Below, piece after piece: positions 9,279 to 18,300 of a stretch of DNA of 64,000 nt (the first letter of the stretch is position 1; each line of letters starts with the position of its first letter). The translations under genes and the position numbers were made by a program. The stretch spans positions 131,420-195,419 of the forward strand of contig JAUYHF010000007.1 in assembly GCA_030690165.1 (NCBI GenBank), read 5' to 3'. The notes below the pieces were generated by a model, which ran no database searches, was not told the DNA's origin, and saw only the letters and a list, made by a program, of their open reading frames with translations. The DNA comes from Deltaproteobacteria bacterium (GTDB taxonomy: Bacteria; Desulfobacterota; GWC2-55-46; UBA9637).

Positions 9279-10622
9279 ATGAAAATTTTAATCATTGACG
9301 ACGAAGATTCCATGCGCCACATGCTTTCCATAATCCTGAAAAAGGAAGGCTATGATGCGGTTTCTGCAGAAAGCGGCCGGCAGGCAATTAAGATGCTGGA
9401 GAAGGAAGATTTTGATTTTATACTCTGCGATATAAGGATGCCGGAGATGAACGGGATGGAATTTCTAAAAAGCCATCAGCTATCAGCTATCAGCCATCAG
9501 CCTGTGGTCATTATGATGTCCGCTTACGGCGCCATTGACACAGCAATCGAGTGCATGAAACTCGGCGCATACGATTATATTTCAAAGCCATTTAAGACAG
9601 ATGAGATTATACTTACATTAAAAAAGGCAGAGGAGAGAGAAAGGCTTAAACGGGAAAACACAAGATTTAAACATATTGCCGAGCAAGAATATGACCTCAA
9701 GAATATTATCACAGAAGATAAACAACTACTTGAAATATTTAAACTTATAAAGAAGGTGGCAGACTATAATACCACTGTCTTAATCACGGGAGAAAGTGGT
9801 ACCGGAAAAGAGCTCATAGCAAGGGCTATCCATTATCATGGTAAAAGAAAGGATAAGCTCTTTGTTGCTGTAAACTGTGGCGCGATTCCAGCAATGCTTC
9901 TTGAGAGCGAGCTCTTCGGTCATGTCAAAGGCGCATTTACTGATGCTGTAAGAAATAAGCCGGGTCTTTTTGAAGAGGCAGATGCAGGGACTATGTTTTT
10001 AGATGAGATAGGCGAGCTTCCAAAGGAGCTTCAGGTAAAACTTTTAAGGGTGATTCAGGAGGGTGAAATAAGAAGGGTTGGCGATTCTAAATCTAAAAAA
10101 ATAGATGTTAGGATTATAGCCGCAACTGCCAGAGACCTGTCAGAAGAAATCAAGAAAGGCAGTTTCAGGGAAGACCTCTTTTACCGCCTGAATGTTGTAA
10201 ACATAAATCTGCCGCCGCTGCGGGAGAGAAAGGGAGATATACCAACCCTTGCCTGGCATTTTTTAAAAATATACTCTGATAAATTCGGCAAGCCGCTAAA
10301 AGGCATAGATAAAGAGGCGATGGATGCCATTTCAAGCTATCAATGGCCCGGGAATGTAAGAGAATTGGAGAATGTGATGGAGAGGGCAGTGATACTTGAA
10401 GACGCTGATGTAATAACACAGAAGAGCCTTCCGTTTTTTAAGACACCAGCCCCCGGTCCCCAGCCCCCGGGTCTTTCTATAAAGAAGGCGGAAGAGGTTG
10501 TTGAAAAAGAGCTTATAAAAAAAGCCCTTGACGCAACAGGCGGCAACAAGACCAAGGCAGCGGAGCTTTTAGAGATTAGCCACAGGGCGCTTTTGTATAA
10601 GATAAAGGGGTATGGGTTGTAA
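9279..10622 (+). CDS. sigma-54-dependent response regulator, NtrC family, PilR-like
   Basis: Receiver domain (DIRMPEMNG), AAA+ sigma-54 interaction domain (GESGTGKE, GAFTDA, ESELFGH), C-terminal Fis-type HTH; in-frame heptamer array 9473-9502 within the receiver domain. Confidence 0.85.
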   Translation: MKILIIDDEDSMRHMLSIILKKEGYDAVSAESGRQAIKMLEKEDFDFILCDIRMPEMNGMEFLKSHQLSAISHQPVVIMMSAYGAIDTAIECMKLGAYDYISKPFKTDEIILTLKKAEERERLKRENTRFKHIAEQEYDLKNIITEDKQLLEIFKLIKKVADYNTTVLITGESGTGKELIARAIHYHGKRKDKLFVAVNCGAIPAMLLESELFGHVKGAFTDAVRNKPGLFEEADAGTMFLDEIGELPKELQVKLLRVIQEGEIRRVGDSKSKKIDVRIIAATARDLSEEIKKGSFREDLFYRLNVVNINLPPLRERKGDIPTLAWHFLKIYSDKFGKPLKGIDKEAMDAISSYQWPGNVRELENVMERAVILEDADVITQKSLPFFKTPAPGPQPPGLSIKKAEEVVEKELIKKALDATGGNKTKAAELLEISHRALLYKIKGYGL

Positions 10623-10767
10623 GTTTCTTAATCTTTTGCTATAGTTGAATTTGAGTTATCATCAAACGTACTATGAGGCTGGGATAATAAAATCAATAAT
10701 CCTTGATGGTCTGGAGATAGACCTCAAAGAAATCTTTACAGGTTTGCGGGACAAATAATAAACCTTT

Positions 10768-11112
10768 TTGCAGGAGAGCCCCTTGAATAAAGAAGCAGAT
10801 GAGAAAGAGGTTTTATCAGAGCTAAAGCATGCCATTATGGAGATTTGCGGCAAACAGGTAGTCAGGTTTGTGCTTTACGGCTCAAGGGCAAGGGGGGATT
10901 ACGACAAAGAGTCGGATATAGACATAGCGATTGTTGTCAGGGGTATGACAAGAGAACTTAAAAACCGGATATTAGATGCTGTGTGTGACATAGAGATTAA
11001 ATATCTTACTCCCCTTTCAACTCTTGTCTTTTCCGAGGAGGATTTTGAGTTTCTGAAAAGCAGGGAGAGAAGGATAGCCCTCGATATCGAAAGGGAAGGG
11101 ATACCGTTATGA
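10768..11112 (+). CDS. minimal nucleotidyltransferase (MNT), antitoxin-like
   Basis: GSRARGDYDKESDIDIAIV is the GS-Xn-DxD nucleotidyltransferase motif; TTG start; overlaps the next ORF by 4 nt. Confidence 0.7.
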   Translation: MQESPLNKEADEKEVLSELKHAIMEICGKQVVRFVLYGSRARGDYDKESDIDIAIVVRGMTRELKNRILDAVCDIEIKYLTPLSTLVFSEEDFEFLKSRERRIALDIEREGIPL

Positions 11113-11513
11113 CGGAAGGGAATAAGAAAGACAATATCAAGATTCAACTTGAGAAGGCATCCGAAATTTTAAAAGAGGCAAATTTGCTTTTTGAGAATAA
11201 CCTTGTAAGAGGCGCAGTTTCAAGGCTCTATTACTATCTGCTTCACACTGTCCGGGCGCTCCTTCTCACCAAAGGGCTTGAACCCAAAAGCCACGAAGGG
11301 GTGTTGAGGGTTTTCGGGCAATATTTTATAAGAGAGGGGATACTGGAGGCAAGGTTTTCCCATATATTCGCAAGGCTGATGAAATACAGGGAGGAGGCTG
11401 ATTACAACCCTGCCTATGTCGTTTCAAAAGATGATTTTGTGGAGTTCAGAAAAGAGGCAGAGGTTATGTGTGACAAGATAAACAGTTATCTGAAGCAGAA
11501 GGGATATGCCTGA
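11109..11513 (+). CDS. HEPN domain protein, partner of the upstream MNT
   Basis: 134 aa helical protein, translationally coupled to MNT (ATGA overlap); typical MNT-HEPN gene order. Confidence 0.65.
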   Translation: MTEGNKKDNIKIQLEKASEILKEANLLFENNLVRGAVSRLYYYLLHTVRALLLTKGLEPKSHEGVLRVFGQYFIREGILEARFSHIFARLMKYREEADYNPAYVVSKDDFVEFRKEAEVMCDKINSYLKQKGYA

Positions 11514-11663
11514 TAACGTCAAAATGTGGGAGTTGTAATAGGTTTTCTTATTCGGTTTGTTGCTATGAAAAATTTTCATAGTTTGCGCAAAATTTAACAC
11601 TTCTTTAAATTATACTTCCTTAAGAATCCCTTAATTTTCAATGAGTTAACTTTGTATATTATC

Positions 11664-11679
11664 TGGCATAGATGTTGCA
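11664..11679 (+). promoter_or_regulatory. candidate sigma-54 (-24/-12) promoter of the minor-pilin operon
   Basis: TGGCAT-N5-TTGCA with GG and GC 12 nt apart, about 27 nt upstream of the ATG at 11706; perfect palindrome CTATGAAAAATTTTCATAG at 11563-11581 about 100 bp upstream is a possible activator site. Confidence 0.5.
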
Positions 11680-11705
11680 TTGTTATTTAAGCAGGAGAAT
11701 AGAGG

Positions 11706-12200
11706 ATGAAGGATGAAAAGGGTTTTTCACTGATAGAACTGCTTATAACCATTGCTGTAATGGCTACTTTGACTGCGATAGCGGTATTGGGCACCGAGGG
11801 TATAAGGACAGGCTACAGAGTCAGGGGCGCTGCAAGGCTTGTTTATGGGGATATGCAGATGGCAAGGTTAAGTGCAATAAAAGGTGGTAGAAAATGGGCA
11901 GTCTGTTTTTCTGCCGGTAACACCGTATTTACATCCTACAGCATAAGAAACACCCCTGGGGCTGATAATAACCTATGCACAGGGGACGATCCCACCACTG
12001 GTGCTGCGCCGTTCTATCGTAAAGATGTTGATCTTTCCTCGGGAGATTATTCTACTCTGACATTTAACGAGAATTTTACCGGAACTAATGTAGAATTTAA
12101 CCCTAACGGTACTGCATCAAGCGGTAATCTAACGATTACAAAAGGTACAAGGACTATAACAATTACGGTTAGTGGAAATACAGGCAATATAAGAATGTAG
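11706..12200 (+). CDS. type IV pilus minor pilin, GspH/FimT-like
   Basis: Prepilin N-terminus KGFSLIELLITIAVMATL (cleavage after G, Glu at +5); about 160 aa. Confidence 0.7.
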   Translation: MKDEKGFSLIELLITIAVMATLTAIAVLGTEGIRTGYRVRGAARLVYGDMQMARLSAIKGGRKWAVCFSAGNTVFTSYSIRNTPGADNNLCTGDDPTTGAAPFYRKDVDLSSGDYSTLTFNENFTGTNVEFNPNGTASSGNLTITKGTRTITITVSGNTGNIRM

Positions 12201-12219
12201 TAGAATAAGGTGGAGGGAT

Positions 12220-12657
12220 ATGTTGAATCAAAAAGGTTTCACCCTTTTAGAGGTTCTGATAGCTATTGTTATTCTTTCTATCGGCCTTCTTGGTGTTGCG
12301 GCGATGCAGACTACAGCGATATTAGGCAATACCTCTGCCATGAATAGGAGTCGCGCCATTGGTCTTGCAGAGGAGATGGCGGACAGGGTAAGGGTAAATG
12401 CGGGTAGCACACCGAATATTTACGACGCGATTGACACGAGCGGCGTTTGCGGAGGGAGCGAACCTGCCCTCGGAGACTGCACACAGTGGCAGGCAAGGCT
12501 CCAGGCATCGGCACTTCCAAATGCCTTTGGCACGGTTGCCGTTACAATGGATTCCCCGATTCCAAAGGCTGCAACAATTACTATTACCGTTACATGGGGG
12601 ATAGGCGCAACCGGCAGCGCAACAATCACAACTATTATGGAGACATGGCTAACTTAA
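12220..12657 (+). CDS. pilV: type IV pilus minor pilin PilV-like
   Basis: Prepilin N-terminus KGFTLLEVLIAIVILSIGLLGVAAMQ. Confidence 0.7.
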   Translation: MLNQKGFTLLEVLIAIVILSIGLLGVAAMQTTAILGNTSAMNRSRAIGLAEEMADRVRVNAGSTPNIYDAIDTSGVCGGSEPALGDCTQWQARLQASALPNAFGTVAVTMDSPIPKAATITITVTWGIGATGSATITTIMETWLT

Positions 12658-12661
12658 AAGA

Positions 12662-12680
12662 CAGGGATCAGGGGTCGGGG
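12662..12680. repeat. left 19-bp inverted repeat flanking the four-helix-bundle gene
   Basis: CAGGGATCAGGGGTCGGGG is the exact reverse complement of 13141-13159. Confidence 0.7.
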
Positions 12681-12744
12681 GCCAGGGAACAGGGAACGAA
12701 AAAACTGGAAACGAAACAGGGGTCATGTATCAGGAGATAAAGCA

Positions 12745-14304
12745 ATGGATATTAAGAGTTATCAAGATTTAGAAGTATGGCAGAAGGCAATGGATTTAGT
12801 CATGGAGTGTTACCAAATGACAAAAACTTTTCCTAAAAGTGAAACCTATGGAATAGTCAGTCAATTACAGCGCGCGGCCGTATCTATTCCAGCCAATATT
12901 GCTGAAGGGAGAAGTCGTCAACATACAAAGGAGTTTATCCAACACCTATCTATAGCATATGGGTCGCTTGCAGAATTAGAAACTCATATTCTGCTTGCTG
13001 AACGTCTGAATTATATAGAGGAAGAACAGGTAAAGGGGATTATGTCACAGGCAGCAGAACTTGGTCGAATGTTTAATGGGTTGCAAAAATCTTTAAGGAA
13101 AAGGGTTCAGGGTTCAGAAAGCAATTCTCTTATATCCGATCCCCGACCCCTGATCCCTGACCCCTGTAACAAAGGTTTTTCTCTTGTTGAACTCTTAATA
13201 GCAATGGTTATTGCCTCTGTTGTGGGGTTGGCAGGGATTTCCATATTCTCATCCAGCAACTGGTCGTATAAGACGCAGGAGGATGTAACAGAGGCGCAAC
13301 AGAATGTAAGGGTTGCCACGGACAGGCTTACAAAGGACATAAGGATGGCTGGTTATGGCCTGCCTGACCCGCCGTTTTCGCTCTCCTTCACCGGTCTTCC
13401 AACCACATTTGTCGGTCAATCCGGCGGCAACATAACCTTGACTTCACCGATTACGGTCACAACCAGCGGCGGAGCAGGCGCCCCTGATAGTTTGACCATC
13501 CTTGGGATTGGGTATGAAGTTGGGACATTGGACACCACTACAGCGGTTGTTAATTGCGTCAATGGTATTCAGGCAAATATTAGCGGAGCTAACTGCATCC
13601 GACTCAGTGCCACTGCGAGCGTCCCTGCGGCTGATACAATTGATAGATTTTTCCCCGGGGGGGCGTTTAACAGTAATAGAATGCATATCAGCCTTGGAGG
13701 GGCAAAATACATAGCGCTTGCCGCGGCAGGCCAGACCGGTCAGGCTACCAGAACATTAGCATTGGGAAGCCCATCTACCCTTGATAGAGACTATCCTGAC
13801 GGCACGTCCGTTTATATCGTACAGGCAGTTCAATATACGATAGTATCGGATACTTCTATTGCAGGATGTTCAAGTTCAAATCCGTGTTTGATAAGTTTGG
13901 ATGCTACTGGACTCCGGGGAATGAACGGGGGAGCGCCTTCCAGACAACTCCTTGCTGAAAATATAGAGGACATTCAGTTTGCATACGGCATAGACGCAAA
14001 CCCAAGGGACAAGAAGATAGACGATACAGACGGGGATGGCTCGTTCGAGGGTCTGGATTATATATTCGCCGAGGCGGGCGATACCTTATCAGATCCGTCA
14101 AGCATAATAGTTGTTCGGGCAACTGTTGTGGGAAGGACAAGGAATACAGATATTAAAGGGCAGACTGGTTTTAAGGCGCAGTGTTTCGAAGACCGCCCTG
14201 TTGATGCCGGCACTACTAACTGCACAGGCGCGGCATCCGATGGTTACAGGCGAAGGATATTGACAAAGGTTATAAAGATAAGAAATCCTAAGACAGGGGC
14301 GTAA
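12745..14304 (+). CDS. pilW: single ORF: N-terminal four-helix-bundle protein (23S rRNA intervening-sequence protein / Avd-like family) fused in-frame to PilW-like minor pilin
   Basis: Residues 1-120 (SYQDLEVWQKAMDL ... PKSETYGIVSQLQRAAVSIPANIAEG ... YGSLAELETHILLAERL) match the four-helix-bundle family; after a repeat-encoded linker comes the prepilin motif G/FSLVELLIAMVIASVVG and a PilW-like body; no stop codon between the two parts. Confidence 0.6.
   Translation: MDIKSYQDLEVWQKAMDLVMECYQMTKTFPKSETYGIVSQLQRAAVSIPANIAEGRSRQHTKEFIQHLSIAYGSLAELETHILLAERLNYIEEEQVKGIMSQAAELGRMFNGLQKSLRKRVQGSESNSLISDPRPLIPDPCNKGFSLVELLIAMVIASVVGLAGISIFSSSNWSYKTQEDVTEAQQNVRVATDRLTKDIRMAGYGLPDPPFSLSFTGLPTTFVGQSGGNITLTSPITVTTSGGAGAPDSLTILGIGYEVGTLDTTTAVVNCVNGIQANISGANCIRLSATASVPAADTIDRFFPGGAFNSNRMHISLGGAKYIALAAAGQTGQATRTLALGSPSTLDRDYPDGTSVYIVQAVQYTIVSDTSIAGCSSSNPCLISLDATGLRGMNGGAPSRQLLAENIEDIQFAYGIDANPRDKKIDDTDGDGSFEGLDYIFAEAGDTLSDPSSIIVVRATVVGRTRNTDIKGQTGFKAQCFEDRPVDAGTTNCTGAASDGYRRRILTKVIKIRNPKTGA
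13141..13159. repeat. right 19-bp inverted repeat flanking the four-helix-bundle gene, inside the ORF
   Basis: CCCCGACCCCTGATCCCTG, encodes part of the linker DPRPLIPDP. Confidence 0.7.
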
Positions 14305-14354
14305 AAGACAGTGGTCAGTGGCCAGTGGTCAGTGATCAGAAAAAGAGGTTCAAT

Positions 14355-14903
14355 ATGAAGATACTAAATAATGAAAATGGCGCAATCCTTATCACCATGC
14401 TCCTTCTTATGGTTATCGTAACCCTTCTTGGCGTGATTGCCATAAATACATCAACCATAGATATCCAGATAACAGGGCATTCAAAAAGGACATCGCTTGC
14501 CCTTCAGGGGGCTGATGCAGGGATTGATTTAGGCATACCGATTATTGAGAGCACTTTGGCTATGGGACAATTAAGCACATCCAGCGCAACAGTCTCTACT
14601 GCTATTACTTTTCCATCTGGTTCAGGAACTACTGCGAGTCTTAATGCAGCGGATACAGTAACCCTTGGCACAGAAATAACAGGTGGGACAAACTATCATA
14701 CTGACACACCTTCGTCAGGAACAGACTTATCCATCACCAATCTAAACGGGGTTGGGGTCAATGTGGATATAGACAGGCTATATTCCTATGCGCTTCCAGG
14801 CGGCTCGCTCGAATTTGCGGCTGGGTATGAAGGCGTTGGGGCCGGCGCCGGAGGTGGTGGGGTGGGAATTTTATATAGCATAGATAGTCAGGGGACGATG
14901 TGA
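14355..14903 (+). CDS. pilX: type IV pilus minor pilin PilX-like
   Basis: N-terminus NGAILITMLLLMVIVTLLGVIAINTSTIDIQI typical of PilX; track start GTG 14325 lies inside a heptamer array, ATG 14355 is preferred; flanked by CAGTGGT-type arrays at 14300-14340 and 14905-14940. Confidence 0.65.
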   Translation: MKILNNENGAILITMLLLMVIVTLLGVIAINTSTIDIQITGHSKRTSLALQGADAGIDLGIPIIESTLAMGQLSTSSATVSTAITFPSGSGTTASLNAADTVTLGTEITGGTNYHTDTPSSGTDLSITNLNGVGVNVDIDRLYSYALPGGSLEFAAGYEGVGAGAGGGGVGILYSIDSQGTM

Positions 14904-14957
14904 AAAGACAGTGATCAGTGGTCAGCGGCCAGTGGTCAGAGAGATTAAAAACGGGAG

Positions 14958-15320
14958 GTGCATATGAAACAGGTTTTGAAAATTATTCTAATATCATCGT
15001 TGTTTATGGTTTTATTTGGTTCTATGTTGTTGGCGCTGCCGGGAAAGACAGATGGCTCGGATTGGACAGAGGGGAAATTGGTGAAGATTATAGGGCTTGA
15101 CAGCGCCGCTGCTGATAAGGCTAAAAAACCCGATTTGAGCAAAATAGAGATGATGATGGATGGGGGCAACATCTTTGGATTATCCCCTGATGTCAGAATA
15201 AAAGATGCAAAGGGAAATTACATCTCCATTGATACTTTGGAGCCGCCGTATGAGGTTCGGTACATTGCTGAGGATATGATGATAAAAGAGATAAATATTA
15301 TTAAAGTTATTCCAAAATAA
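14958..15320 (+). CDS. small secreted protein of unknown function in the minor-pilin operon
   Basis: 120 aa with hydrophobic signal-like N-terminus; no recognisable motif. Confidence 0.35.
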   Translation: MHMKQVLKIILISSLFMVLFGSMLLALPGKTDGSDWTEGKLVKIIGLDSAAADKAKKPDLSKIEMMMDGGNIFGLSPDVRIKDAKGNYISIDTLEPPYEVRYIAEDMMIKEINIIKVIPK

Positions 15321-15364
15321 CTTCTTATTTTATTTAGAACAGCAAGCTAAAGGAGGGAACATAT

Positions 15365-18300
15365 ATGAAACGGCTATCTATAATAACCATATTATTGGGA
15401 ATGATTTTATGGACACCCCTTACTTGTAAGGTAATGGCGCAGACCATGTCGGATTATACATCCACGCCGCCGTTTATTTCCACATCAATACAGCCAAATG
15501 TGCTGCTTGTGCTGGATAATTCAGGCAGTATGAATGACGAGGCGTATGCTACTACTTACGATCCCACCCAATTCTCAAGCGGACAGTATTACGGCTTATT
15601 TGACGCTACCAAATACTACCAATACACAAACAACGGCAGATGGGAGATTTTTCCTGTTACAGATACTGATGGCGATGGTATTCAGACAGATGAAACCCTG
15701 CCTTCTGCGTCTGCCACAATTGCCAATCCCATTGCCAGCGGTAACCTTCTGAATTGGGCAACCATGAGCAGGATTAGTGTAGCTAAAAAGCTCTTAATCG
15801 GCGGCAAGGCCTCTCCCCGGTCCCCGGCAGGCGCGGTTACTGTGAAGCTTTTCGGTGAAACAACATGGGGGTTTCTCAAAACCTTTGATAACACAAGCTC
15901 AGCAAACCTCATTGCCCCGTTTACAGGGAATTACCGTTACAATGTGTCATCTACCGCCAACTTTTCTATGGTGCCGGTGGTAGCAGGCACAGACACTGTT
16001 TATACTTCTCCCAATGCAAATGTCTCTATCCCTGCCGGATGGACTGTTTTTCCTGCGGCTACTAATGCATGGGAGGATGTGGATGACACAATTTCTCCGA
16101 CGATTTCAAACGACGCCGATACCACATATATCCAGGCTCAGGGCACTGCAAGTCCGGCTATGTTTGGTTACGACTATGCAGGCGCAAAAACCGGCACTAT
16201 CACGAACGTGGGAGTTCGGGTAGTTGCGAAAAGTAATTGTAGCAGCACTCTCCTAAGACGAACCAGGGGTGTATTAAGAATAGGCGGGGTAGATTATGAT
16301 TCTGGATTTACAGCTATAGCAACCTCATACCCGGCTACAGCATATTCATTCAACTGGGCTACCAATCCTGCAACAGGCGCCGCATGGCAGTGGTCAGATA
16401 TTAAAGATATAGGGAACCCATCAGGTAATTTGGAAGGCTTTGGGATTAGACCAAATCAAAGCAATGCTGGTTGTTACCATCGCGCAACGCAGGTCTATCT
16501 GGTTGTTACATCCGGCACCCCATCAGGCGGGCCATACAATATTATTATTGACCAGGGCATGACGCCTGCAAGCGGGATTATTGATAATCTTAGCAGTGAC
16601 GCAAGGTTTGGACTGGCGTATTACGCTAATTCGAGCAACGGCGGCCGCGTCCAGGAATATGTGGGTTTCGGCTCTGCGGTTAATATGATAACCTCCATAA
16701 GCGGTCTTGCTCCAAGCACGTGGACGCCTTTGGGCGAGACCCTATATGAGATGATAAGACACTTCAGGCAGGATGCGCCGTTTTATGCTAATGCCCCTGC
16801 AGATTATGCAACAGGCAATGTGTTTAATGACCCGTATTATTACAGATATTCCACATTGGCAGGTTCAGGACTTACTGACCAGTATGTGCCTTGCGCCAAG
16901 TCGTTTATCCTGCTGTTGACAGACGGCGAATCAACTCAGGATATAACTATGGATGCCAGCATAAAGGGTCCTCCGGGCTTTTCATGGGGCAAGGGAGTGA
17001 ATACAGATGGAAGCTCAACCAGTTCAGCCGCGGGGCAGCCCAGACTTGGCGGGACGAATAATGGGCAGACCTATACATCCAGCGGCACAGATTATCTTGT
17101 TGATGCGGCATACTGGGCAAGGAGCACCGATGCGCGTCCAGGGGCATGCACCACTACCCCTACTTCTTGGCAGCAGTGCATACCAGGAACACAGAATGTC
17201 GTCATTTACCCTGTATTTATGTTTGGCAGCGGGTCCACACTGTTAAAGGACGCAGCCATATACGGTGGGTTTGAGGATATGAATGGAGACGGCAAACCTG
17301 GTCCGGATTTAAGAGAATATCTGCGGGACTCAAACGGAGATGGAAGTGTTACAGCTGCGGATGACCCGATTACCTATTTTGAAGGGGATGACGGCTTTGC
17401 GCTGGAGGCAAGTATTACAAATGCCATTGCCAGCATTATGAAAAGAAGCGCATCCGGCACATCGGTCTCTATATTGGCCACATCTCAGGAAGGCGAGGGC
17501 GCGCTTTATCAGGCATACTATTACCCTGAGAAGATAATGGATGACGGCACAAAGAGAAGCTGGCTTGGCTATTGCAGAGGCATGTTTCTGGATTCCTTTG
17601 GAAACCTGAGAGAGGATAGCGATGCTGACAGCACACTCATATTTAAGAATGACAAGATAATCAGGATGCGGCTTGATACCTCTACTAATGAGGTTAAGGC
17701 CGACCTGTATAATGATGTAAGCCCGGAGGACGGCGACGCGGATCCTGCCACTTTAAATGCTGATGGTTCAAAGATTGATACTGTGAATAACACCGTTGCT
17801 ATAGACGCTGTAGCAACTCTCTGGGAGGCAGGTGAGAAACTTGCAAAGGATATAACCACGCGGAATATCTATACATGGGTGGATCTTGACAACGACGGCG
17901 TTGTTGACAATGGTGATTTTGGAGTATCACCGCTTCCTTCCGGCGAGGCATATCCATTTGTCAGCAGCAGCGCAACTGCGCTAAGACAATATATCAGGGC
18001 AGCGGACGATCCGGAATCTACTAATATAATAAATTTTGTAGCTGGCAATAATGTAACCGGATATCGAAATAGATGCATCCCAGTTACTGGGGCAACTACG
18101 GAAACAGGCTGCTCAGGAGCCACAGACAGGGTATGGGCGCTTGGAGACATTGTGTATTCAACCCCCACAACTGTTGCTGGTCCACGTGAGGGGTATGATC
18201 AAATCTATGGCATAGCTTCGTATACTAATTTTAGAAATTTATACAGAGACAGGAGAAATATAGTCTATGTCGGCGCAAATGATGGTATGCTCCATGCCTT

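Noticed and set aside
12447-12740. 97-aa alternative-frame ORF overlapping the 3' end of pilV
   Set aside because: Same strand, different frame of a well-supported pilin gene; the Arg-rich translation is typical of off-frame reading.
12745-13110. Diversity-generating retroelement suggested by the Avd-like four-helix-bundle gene
   Set aside because: No reverse transcriptase and no template/variable repeat pair is visible in the window; kept only as something to check genome-wide.
13870-13900. tRNA-like T-loop sequence (GTTCAAGTTCAAATCC)
   Set aside because: Lies in-frame inside pilW and no acceptor or anticodon stem can be drawn around it; no tRNA or rRNA was recognised anywhere in the window.
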